Assembly: GCA_910592345.1 (NCBI GenBank)
Contig: CAJVPI010000183.1
Span: 1 to 44,749 of the forward strand
DNA from: Paraglomus brasilianum
Taxonomy: Eukaryota
Length of the DNA stretch: 44,749 nucleotides
Direction of reading: 5' to 3'
In this document: in pieces, positions 35,242-44,749 of the stretch
How the letters are laid out: each line of letters opens with the position of its first letter
Numbering within the stretch: the first letter of the stretch is position 1
Position numbers and translations under genes: made by a program
Notes under the pieces: model-generated
Seen by the model: the letters and a program-made list of their open reading frames with translations, nothing else
Databases searched by the model: none
Told to the model about the DNA's origin: nothing

Positions 35242-38146
35242 ATGCTCTCGTCCACCATGCATAATTTTAATACATATCCTTCGGTCTTTCTTCTCTCCAT
35301 TCTCACTTTCCTCATTTTCCCCATCTCTTCTAACTCTCAAACCGATCCAGCTGGACCACAGATCAATTACTGTGTATTCACCTACAATAGCAACTTTTAC
35401 GTATTTGGTGATGAGGGCAATAATAACCATCCCTACTTTGTTTACACCAATACGCCCTTCGATGTAACAAGTTCCCCATGGAATTTTACGCCAGTAGCTA
35501 ATGCCACAAAAGTCTTTCGACCAGCATGTTCCGTTACTTCAGATGGTATCTTATACGTGACTGGCGGAGTAGACATAGACAATGGTAAATACATCGTCCA
35601 ATCGATTGATTTGAAAAGCAGTATTTTGGGCTCTCGGTACACGCGTCAATGTTTGTCGAATCAATGTGATTTTAAATCTATTGTCGTAAAAACGTCATCG
35701 GAAGAAGTGTTGTTTATCTTTGGAGGGTCTGAGTCGAATGATGCGTCTATTTTAAATGTAAGGAATTTGACTTGGGAAACTGTACCTAATGGGGTAAGTG
35801 TGCAAAATAGTAATAGAATGAGATTGATTACATTAGATCCATAGATGCTGATAAGTCAACCGTAGGCGCGCCTTGTTGATGATAGTAATTTTTTCTCTCT
35901 GTCATTTATCGTCTAGCCTGACGCATCGTTCATAGACGTACACGCTATAACATCCTTTGAAGATAACATCTATATCATAGGTACTCCAACCAAAGACTCT
36001 GGCAAGAGCATATTAATATGGGCGTTTAATATTCCGAAAAGGAGCTGGTTTAGCCTAGATACTACCGTGAATCTTTTTGCGAATGACCAGAATGCGTATG
36101 CAGGGATTCAGTTGATTAATTCGGATGATTTGTCATTCTCAGTGTGGAAGTGGAATTTGGGTGAGTTGGAATGAAAACGTAATTAGACTAATTGAGAGCA
36201 AATCTCATGCTAATCCGAATTTCGGCGTTCGAAAAATAGCTAATAATAGCGCAACATTCCTTGGGACGAACGGGTACCCTTTTGCACAGTTGGCCGATGT
36301 TCTTATTGTAAGCTTGTTATATTTAAAACATACCTGCACCATAATTATAATCTATTTATCTCCACGCATGTTGATCTCTATCCATTTTACCTCCAATTTC
36401 AAGGTTTATAACGGTGATTATGATAGCTTAGCCGTATTCAACATGACCAAAAATGCTTGGGTTATTCAAGTCAACAACGCCACCGGCGTACCCACCACCA
36501 GCCCCAACGACCCCAACGACCCCAACGGCCCCAACGACCCCAACGACCCCAACGGCCCCAACGGCCCCAACGACCCCAACGACCCCAACGAACTTTCCAC
36601 ACCGGTTCAGTCAAAATCTTTGCCGAATATTATTGGTGCAGTTGGAGTATTGGTGGTTCTAGTGGGCATGGGCTTGTTCTTGCATGGCCGGACCAAAAAT
36701 AAGAAAAAGAATGGGGAGCAGCCGGCAATAGCGGAAACTGATGCGGCATCTGAAAGCAGCATCGAAACTGGTTCTCAGAGAGACAATTCAGAGATTTGTC
36801 AACTACCTACACTTGAAGTATCTGGGCTTCAAAATGAACATTATTCATTTTTGTCCGATACTACTATTAATATGAACAGTTCGCTGATTTATCAATCAAA
36901 AATTGAGCATTGTTCATTTTTGTCCGACACTACTGTAGTATCCGACTTCTCAACATCTCCGACTTCACATCGTACAGTGAAACTAAACTCTACTCCCCCT
37001 CCTCCATCGTCACGTATAAGCGAACTCTATACTCAATATAAAGTGACAACTATTACATTCACTGCTTCTCCATCAGCCCAATCGGATGCAATTATATTCA
37101 ACAAGTACAAACTCAGCGGCGGGATGCCAACGTACGATGTCAAGAATTCTGATCGTAACTCTGTTCGTCGTGCAGAGGATGAGACTATGCATGAAAATGT
37201 TGCGGTAAAGTTTTTCTCAAACAAAGATTCATTCGAGCGTGAGGTTGTCATGTTGAAGCATCTTCGATCGGAATTTGTTTGTGCATTGCGCGACGTATTT
37301 GACATTTCCAATTGGAAATATGCTATGGTCATGGACTATTATCCTATGAGCTTGGATAACTTTATCATTAGTAGAACCGGAACCACGGATAAATTATACG
37401 TGAAGATAGTGGTGAAATCGTTAGCACAAGCAATCAGTTATGTTCATAGTCACGAAATAGTGCATCTGGATATTAAGCCGGGAAACTTTGTCCACGAGGT
37501 TGGAGATGTGAACAAGTGGAGATTGATTGATTTTGAGGCGGCGAGGGTCAATGGAGAAGAAGATGTTGATAGCAGCACATTAAGATATGCTTCGCGTAAG
37601 TAGTGAGAAATATTGAAAAACCATGATTTATATTCGAGCACTTGTAATTTTTACTCATTAATATGCAAACTTACCTTTTCCTCCTTACACAGCTGAAATA
37701 ATCAATGCGGCTACATTGCATACTAGCATCAAAGCAGATACATCGATGGATATGTGGTCGTTAGGGTGTACAATGTACGAAGTATATACTGGAAGCCCTC
37801 TCTTCCCAAATGAACAAGAGGCTAATGATAAATTATTTGAAGCATATGATACAAAGCACTTGGAATTGCCTCTTGATAATGTAGAGGATATTCAAGCAAG
37901 GCATGTACTCGAGAAGTTGTTAGTCATTAACCCTATGAAGAGAGCTTCAGTTGGGGAAATTTTAAGAGGAGCATATTTTCATGGTGGTGCTGATAGTATT
38001 CAGGTATATATATATATATTGCTATTGTCTGTCGCCTGCTGCTACCGTCTGCAAACACTCACCTCTCTTATTATAATGATTTAAAGATATACAATCTGCA
38101 GTCAGAATCCGAGAAAATCATTAACATCCTAAACCAGAGGTCGTGA
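35242..38146 (+). CDS. Kelch-ectodomain receptor-like kinase, copy 3, about 808 aa, truncated just after the kinase; may be a young pseudogene
   Basis: Exons 35242-35793, 35917-36160, 36240-36307, 36404-37595, 37693-38003 and 38087-38146 are open in frame. TM: IIGAVGVLVVLVGMGLFL then HGRTKNKKK. Kinase: VAVK, HLDIKPGN, DFE, YASPE. A deletion of about 64 nt in exon 6 gives ...LNQRS*. Several Kelch GG motifs are degraded (YVFGD, VYNGD). Confidence 0.8.
36503..36592 (+). repeat. Coding 9-bp tandem repeat, 10 units of CCCAACG(A/G)C (last unit CCCAACGAA), encoding a (PND/PNG) stalk
   Basis: Reads PNDPNDPNGPNDPNDPNGPNGPNDPNDPNE between the last Kelch blade and the TM helix. Confidence 0.95.
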
Positions 38147-38189
38147 ATAGTATATCTGGTACGAGAGACGCGACTGTGCCGAGATGATT

Positions 38190-38395
38190 TTAAAAACGTC
38201 AAAGGGCGAAAAAGATTTGTTTAGCTTGGGAGTGAAGCGTTTGTTTTAAATGTAAAGAGATTTATTACGCTATTATTGTGCTTGCGTTGATAAGTCAGGT
38301 GTTTTGTTAATAATATGCCACGTATATAGCATGTGACGTTAATTTGACATTCAATTATTTCCGCTGTCATTCATCGTTTATATTTAGCCTGACAC
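38190..38395 (+). pseudogene. Decayed fragment of receptor-kinase exon 1 end, intron 1 and exon 2 start
   Basis: AAAAACGTCA, GCGTTTGTTTTAAATGTAA, ATTACGCTA, GCGTTGATAAGTCA, TTAATTTGACAT, GTCATTCATCGT and TAGCCTGAC occur in the same order as in 30108-30396. Confidence 0.75.
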
Positions 38396-38659
38396 TTTCA
38401 CAGATATAACAATAGTTGGGTCTTTATTGACATTGCACTCAGTCAAACATACACAGTTGGACGCTTATAGTGCTTTTCTATGATAGAGTCTAGTCATTAT
38501 TTAATTTGAACTTGTCAAAATAAATTACATTAGAGCCTTCATCTCCTAACAACTTTCTTAACGATTTAATATACTTGAGTAATTGTAATTACAGCTGCAA
38601 TATAACCTCACGAATTTCAGAGCATTTTGTTCATCGATTGTAATAATTTAATCTTTCAT

Positions 38660-40245
38660 ATTTGGAAAGGCGTTGAAAGCAATATTCTTGAGTTTCTATG
38701 TCAGCCTTATTATTATGCTGGCAGTTTTTATATGTCACTTCAAACAGAGCCTGTACATGTATTTAGCCAAAATCCAGCTCGTTACAGTTGAATAAGATCG
38801 CATTGTAAAGGGACTTTTTTTGGTCGCAATTTTCATATATTAAAAATCGCTCGTCATAATGGAATTCATAGTAACTCGCGTTATTAGCTATAAAGGAATT
38901 TTTGTTGAATCAGAAATGGATGAAGACGGATCAAATTCAAACATTAATATAATCGATTGGACGTTTCGCACGTAATTTATAGAATGTCTAAGGCTAAGTC
39001 GATTAAGTGGGTATCTGTAAAAAACGCACGGAAACGTCAGCTATGTCTTGACAAGGAGAAAAAAAATACACATCAATGAACAGCAAACTTGCATCCAAGC
39101 ACAGAATTAAAGAAAAAAAGAACGGTCTTTGCAATCTTGATATCAAAAAAATGTGAATATATGCTCAGTTGGAACGTAATCGGCCTTCAAAGGAGATTGG
39201 GTTGAAGAATATAATCAATCCATTTCTAAACTCATAATATGTAAGGAATAGCATTATACAATTTTGGGCTAAATGGTTAGTAAATCCTGCCATTAAACGA
39301 GTAAACACTTTTGACTCATTGAGAGTTAAAGTTTGAATAAACAATACGAATATGAGCCGTTGTTAAAAGTAAATACAAGTTTAATTAATATTAATAGGGG
39401 ACTGTTTATCAAACCCATGAAACTCTTCACATAACCCAACCAAAGTACTATTACTGTGAAAATATTGACATTACAGATTACGGCTTATCTGTTATTATTA
39501 TAGCATGTGTGGCACAATAAACTTCGTAATCGCACGTTGTGGTTTGCATTTCCCTGTAAGACGTTCGTTAATAACCAGCGAATAATCCGAGTGGACAACT
39601 AGTAAGGGGCTTAGATGTGACGATGTTTTGTGGCATCTCAACAAAAAAGCGATATTACGTTTATGTCATACATTAAAATTACGGGATCGTCCAAGAACAG
39701 TAATTGTAACGGGTAAATATTGAAATTACTACACTTGCATTCTTTGTTCTAAATTTACATGAATCGTAAGAAGAGTTAGTCAACCAAAGGTCATTCGTAA
39801 CTGCTTTGGTAGAGTACATTTGTTTTACTATTATAGTATTGATATTATCTTCCGGCGATGATATGAACTATCCCACATGTATGGCACAATATTACGCTAT
39901 GTATCAATGCGTTAACCAGTTTTAAATTGGGTTCTTCTTAAAATTAAGCCGCGAATATGTCAAATCAGCTGACTATATTACCGCTATTTGACTTGCTGCA
40001 AAAATCTGCCATCGATTGCTAAGATGCATATTACTGCGAGTGAGTCCTGGTATAAAAAATGGCTGAATAATTCAGTGGCAAACCTTGTCACAGAAGCTTT
40101 GTGTGAATGGAATCACCGACCGTCATTTCCATTAAAAGCAATGACCTATTTTCATTATTAGCATACTAAAATGGCAAGTCCAATGTGATACGGTCTCTGA
40201 TTTCTGAATATCAAATCATATGATGAAGATATTGTCGCTGAACAT
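38660..40245 (+). repeat. Longest copy of the recurrent module, between receptor kinase copy 3 and TKL B
   Basis: Contains all the blocks seen in the other copies, with a variant core GAGTTAGTCAACCAAAGGTC at about 39773. Confidence 0.88.
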
Positions 40246-40250
40246 CATCT

Positions 40251-40323
40251 CATTTCACCGACCATCCTGGCTTGTTCATTGACATATCGAATAAATATAC
40301 AAAGCGGTTCGCGCTTATTAAAA
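40251..40323 (+). pseudogene. Relic of receptor-kinase exon 6 end and intron 6 (copy 1 type)
   Basis: CATTTCACCGACCATCCTGGCT..TGACATAT..ATATACAAAGCGGTTCGCGCTTATTAA matches 18042-18129 (HFTDHPG plus intron 6). Confidence 0.8.
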
Positions 40324-40545
40324 TAGTAAATAACACATCTTGAAAACAGTTCGAGACTTCATTTAATGGATTTTATACATCTTTTACATGAGCTGTAAGA
40401 CCCAAGGTCCCAGTGATACGCGTCTACAGTATCTGCCAACTACCCGATTTTTAACAAGATGAAATAAGCTGAGTATGAGCTGAATTTGAGTATGGTTATT
40501 ATCCAAGATTCTGAGTCACTAAAATAATGAACAATAAAGCGTTAA

Positions 40546-42916
40546 TTATGTGTAATAGATGGTATTCCATATATCATCAGGCTTATCCCCACGTATATCT
40601 TTAATAAGGTTCTGAATACGTAAAAAAAGTTCCTCGCATGTTGGACGTTTCTTGGGATCAGCATTACAACAACTCTCGGCAAGTTTCTTATAAGCCGCTG
40701 GTGCTGAATCGGGCATTGTAGGTCGCAGCCCACCCAGAATATCGCATACTAAATCTCTATCGAATGATCTATTCCTGAACGGCGGTTCACCACTGGCAAT
40801 TAGATACGTAATAATGCCAAATGCATATATGTCTGATTCTGGAGTAAATCGACGAGTGATGAAGGCTTCTGGTGCAATAAAAGGTGAAACACCTTGAATG
40901 GTTGATTTTGACATGGACGACTTTGATCGTGACTGACCGAGATCGCATATGAAAAGTTTGCTTGTGTTGGGCTCGCTGAAAATTATATTCCCACCATGGA
41001 GATCACAGTGTACCAGTCCTCTGTCATGGAGATCATTCAGATGGATGGCAATATCCCTCAAACACGACAATTTCATCTCCCATGTCATCGCGTTAATATT
41101 TTCATTCAAATAAGACAAAAGGTTACCACCTCTAGCATATAGCATTACGATCATGTATTCTCCTGTCACCGGTTGCTGTGTAACTCCATAAATTGGAAGG
41201 AAATGAGTATCCGAACACTTGGCATGATTCCTGAACTATTAATGAAAGATAACGTCAAATAAATATCGCTTTAATAAATTATGGCTTAACAATTCGGAGA
41301 CTATACCTCGGAAATAAATAGTTCCGGCATCGGGTCAAAGGTTTTAAAGCGCTTGAGAACAACGCGTTCATGTCGATCGATAGGAAATACGTTTATGTCG
41401 TGTTTGGCAGTATAAATTGTGCTATAACCGCCAGATCCGATCTCTTCGATTCCATAAAACCTGTTGTATTGTATATAATTCACATCTCTATTATTTCGGA
41501 AAACTTTTGCCAATATTGTATATATCTCGTTATATAATACCAAACAATAGTTGTGGGTAGATGGTTCTTGAGTGAATCCAATAACCCAGATGTTATCCGG
41601 GGTTAATATTTCAGGATAATCCTTAGTTAGCTATGTTGAGTATATAATGTAATCATCGATTAAAAACACAGGCAATAGCAAGACTGTGATTATTTGAAAT
41701 ACAATGCTTACCTCATAAAAGTCAAATAATTGATTCTTCTGTCCATCAACTATCGTTTTGAATACTACGTTTATCGATCCATTCAATGTTGGTTCTGGCC
41801 AATCGGCTACATGTGTGCAGCCATGGCGCAGTGATGTTGCCTCTCGTACATTCCTCAAATGTGAATACTCTATCCATTGCAAATAGGGATCATTAATCTC
41901 ACACACGTTACTCCATGATGTCGTTATAAATGCATCCAGAGAATTGTTGCCGGTAGTCCAATCAGGAGGTCTTGCTGCTTTACAGCAATAACAGAATGCA
42001 AGTATCTCGGGTTCTAATTCTGATGTACATGCCAGGCATGCTCCATCATTGCTTGGTCCTCTAATTATAATTAGACAATATTTTTTGTTTTCTGTATTGT
42101 ATGTAAATCCGATCGTATTCCAAATACTTGTGATAAGAATATCTGGATGTTTATCGCACAACTATTAAATTAAACATTATGTTAAGTCAAGAATAGTCTA
42201 TAAGTATCATATGTTCACAACGGAATAATTACCTGGTCGAAATATGAATCATCTATCTCATCGGTTATTTCAAGTGGAACTACCCTCGCGTAACAGAATG
42301 CGGGTAGACCATTTAAGTATGACCAAGGCTCACCACAACTAAGACAATCAAATGGAATCCATTCCAAATAGGCTTCGTTTGCTGAGTTGGTTCGTATTTG
42401 TGACTTTTTAATAAACTCATCGAGTTTCTTGTTATTGCTAGTCCATCCGTTGGATAATTGTTTATGTCCGCAAATGCACCACACTGGACTGCATCGGAGT
42501 ATCCCACATGCGGAACAGAATCCATAGAGAGAGTAACAATCTTCAAACTTTCTATCGGCAACCATATAATAGTTATTGTCGAGTTTGGTAAATCCTTTTA
42601 TCATGCGGTTGCGACAACTAAGCCATCTTGCATATCTTCTGAACCGATTAGGTAGAGTATCGAGCTTACATTTGCGTGTTGGGAGTGAGTATTTTCTGGC
42701 AAACTCACTTATGAGTTCCGATGTACATTTCTCGTCATTGCCGAGAAGTAGCAGCATTATTTTACATAATCCTCGTTTGCAATGGATGATTTGATCAGTA
42801 GTGTCTTGAACTAACTTTATGTTAGTGAACTCAAAATGAGAAACCCATGTAAGACTATCGTATTCTTCGGGTAAAGAGGATTGAATCAAGCTGTAAACTG
42901 CTATATTTTCAGGCAT
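40546..42916 (-). CDS. Cytoplasmic TKL-family kinase B, about 715 aa, with repeated N-lobe/Cys modules
   Basis: Exons 42916-42233, 42161-41712, 41630-41307 and 41235-40546; GT-AG introns of 71, 81 and 71 nt, all phase 0. Motifs: IGSGGYSTIY, VVLK, alphaC Glu, HCDLHGGN, DLG, APE, SDIYAFG. Confidence 0.9.
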
Positions 42917-43429
42917 TTATGCTTCTTACGGGGTGTGTTAGGTTTGTAATGAGAGTGGGCTGAAAGTGCTGCCATATATGTATATATACATATATTTGCT
43001 GCGGCCTGCTTGAATTCCCATCAAACGTGTGCTATGAATAAGCTTAAATAGTAGTTAAAGACACGCCTATTATATCGTTTGATTGAATAGACAACTAATC
43101 CGACATAAAGAATGTGTATACTCCTCAGAAACGACCTTCTAACACCCCGTTCTTTTCAACAGCTTTGATGCCCTCGATCGAATTTGGTAAGCAGGGGCAC
43201 AGAAAGCAGATAACTTTCTTAATTTCCATTTTGTAATGAGACCGTTATGATATATTCGAAAGTTTATTGCATTCTGATGACAAGAAGTGCAAAAAACGGT
43301 GCAAAAAATCTAGTAAATAAAATGAAATGTGCACAGGGCTAGCTACTATGACTGCGCACATACTCGACTTGTTATCGTCATTGCTCGTAATAACTTGTAA
43401 TGAAATGCAGCTCATTTTATCAATGCACA

Positions 43430-44250
43430 GTTAATTATTTTGCACAATAACTTCTATTTTTTGGTCAAGGCTTATTATTATGTGCTCAAACACCAACCTT
43501 AGGTTCAGCCTATAAACATTAGATTAAGAAGCCAAGAAAGAACATTAATTCTTTTCTTTCTATTTTGTTTTTATCTGTGTGGCTACATTATAGTCCTGGA
43601 ATGTGTAATCTTTATTATCAAGATCATATTAAGAGGGAAAGATGTTCTTTAACAAGGTTTTCCAGTAGTTTACCTTCAACAGCTAATGGTCCTAACTTAT
43701 TCTTACAAAAAACAACCCAGATCATAGTCCCATCTGATTTCTTTGCAGTTGGCTGTAAGTATTCAACTTTGTCTTTCTTGTCAGGTTGATGCCATTGGTG
43801 TGAATCATTGCTAAATATTTCAAATCACTGGATATGATTTATTCTCAGAAACTAATTTTTCTTCTTAGCAGCCCTCCCATAATACCCTTCAGCATGTAGA
43901 GCACATTGAATTAATAGTGACTGCCAATTCATGGTTAATTCCTTCAAGTGTTTTCATCTGATTATCCCTTGAAAATTTGTAACACCACAGCCACTAAAGA
44001 ATGGAGTTTTACCTGGAATTTTGCATTATTTATTGTCAATACCCAACAATTGAATGCTAAAGGTGTTGGGCTACAGAGCAGGAATGGCAGTTATAGTTCC
44101 TTTTTTTCATTTTTTATAACATCACAGACTGTCAAATAAGAAAATGTCAGGCCTCTGCAATCTCAACTCTGGTACTTTTTCCTATTCTTGAGCAACAACA
44201 AACTTTTCTTTTGTCAAGATTAAAACTGGTTCCTCCCTGAATGTTAAAGC
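43430..44250 (-). mobile_element. Heavily decayed Tc1-family transposase relic
   Basis: Minus-strand fragments ALHAEGYYGRAAKKK (about 43900-43858) and EYLQPTAKKSDGTMIWVVFCKNKLGPLAVEGK (about 43766-43670) resemble the Tc1 GR.A.KKP and PT.K.G..M.WG.F...G.GPL motifs. There are many stops and the boundaries are approximate. Confidence 0.7.
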
Positions 44251-44544
44251 AATGCATCAATATGATCAGTCTATTTGGGCAACAATGGGTGATTTGAATA
44301 TTAGTCTTACAGAGTTACTTTACTATTACTATGGCTTTATTCTGATTTATGTACCACTTTAATACACCACCATGACATTTGTTCTCAATATTTACTTGTA
44401 ATTAATGTTCTTATAAGTACAATTGTTAAACAAGAATACAAGTTCATAAACAGGTTTTCAAATGTGTATTTAATAAAGATAAATTATAAATAAATAATTA
44501 GTAAATAATGTGACTTATCACTATCCACATATTAAGAATAACTT

Positions 44545-44664
44545 TGATTTCAAAGCCTTTGCCAAGTTGTTGCTCCTATATCTCCTATCTGATTACTCTA
44601 CTGAAGTTTAGAGATGTTAAAGAAGAAATTGATTCCAAAGCTTTTCCCAAAGCTATTGCTTCTG
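44545..44664 (-). pseudogene. RNI-type (NLRC3-like) leucine-rich repeat relic
   Basis: The minus strand reads EAIALGKALESISSLTSLNFS / SNQIGDIGAT / LAKALKS with two frameshifts, fitting the 28-residue LxxAL..N.SL..L.L..N.IGD.GA consensus. Confidence 0.65.
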
Positions 44665-44666
44665 TA

Positions 44667-44749
44667 CAGTGTGTAACAAAAGTTTTTGGAATTATATTTT
44701 AGTCTATTGTGTGATGAAAAAAAAAGCCAAATTGTCCAGAATTTATAAT
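44667..44749. mobile_element. Terminus of a probable Tc1/mariner element running out of the window
   Basis: TA followed by CAGTGTGTAACAAAAGTTTTTGGAA, a Tc1-like TIR start, truncates the LRR relic exactly at the TA. Confidence 0.5.

Noticed and set aside
36125..36403. N-terminal part of the 492-aa ORF as a protein start
   Set aside because: It consists of out-of-frame exon 2, intron 2, exon 3 and a stop-free intron 3; the gene starts at 35242.
36453..36702. Alternative-frame ORFs with PTT/PTA and QRP repeats
   Set aside because: They are frame shadows of the 9-bp stalk repeat; only the PND frame joins the Kelch, TM and kinase parts.
13528..40245. Recurrent GCGTTAGTCAACCAATGGTC as a CRISPR repeat or recombination site
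   Set aside because: Copies are kilobases apart, occur in both orientations and are embedded in longer collinear homology, so they are parts of a duplicated module.
1..44749. tRNA, rRNA or prokaryotic operon and defence features
   Set aside because: None is recognisable by eye; the gene structure is spliceosomal throughout.

Overview
AT-rich, intron-containing eukaryotic DNA. Short GT-AG introns, TKL kinases with HxDLH(G/S)GN and WTxxN/LEWIP motifs and decayed pogo/Tc1 elements point to a fungus, most likely Glomeromycotina (inference). The core is a kinase cluster. Three tandem + strand paralogs (14825-18559, 29609-33266, 35242-38146) splice into type I receptor-like kinases: signal peptide, Kelch beta-propeller ectodomain, variable stalk, one TM helix, S/T-rich juxtamembrane region and a non-RD (HLD/DFE) Ser/Thr kinase. 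Copies 1 and 2 continue into a helical linker and a C-terminal Cys/His domain that resembles the tail of Roco/TORNADO1-type proteins; copy 3 has lost it. Two - strand cytoplasmic TKL-family genes bracket the array (6576-8992, probable pseudokinase; 40546-42916, catalytic residues kept), each with three degenerate kinase N-lobe repeats ahead of the full kinase. The spacers hold TKL and receptor-gene relics, a conserved non-coding module in about 8 copies, inverted and direct segmental duplications, several MITEs, pogo and Tc1 transposase relics and an RNI-type LRR relic. Exon coordinates were derived by hand; no database search was run.
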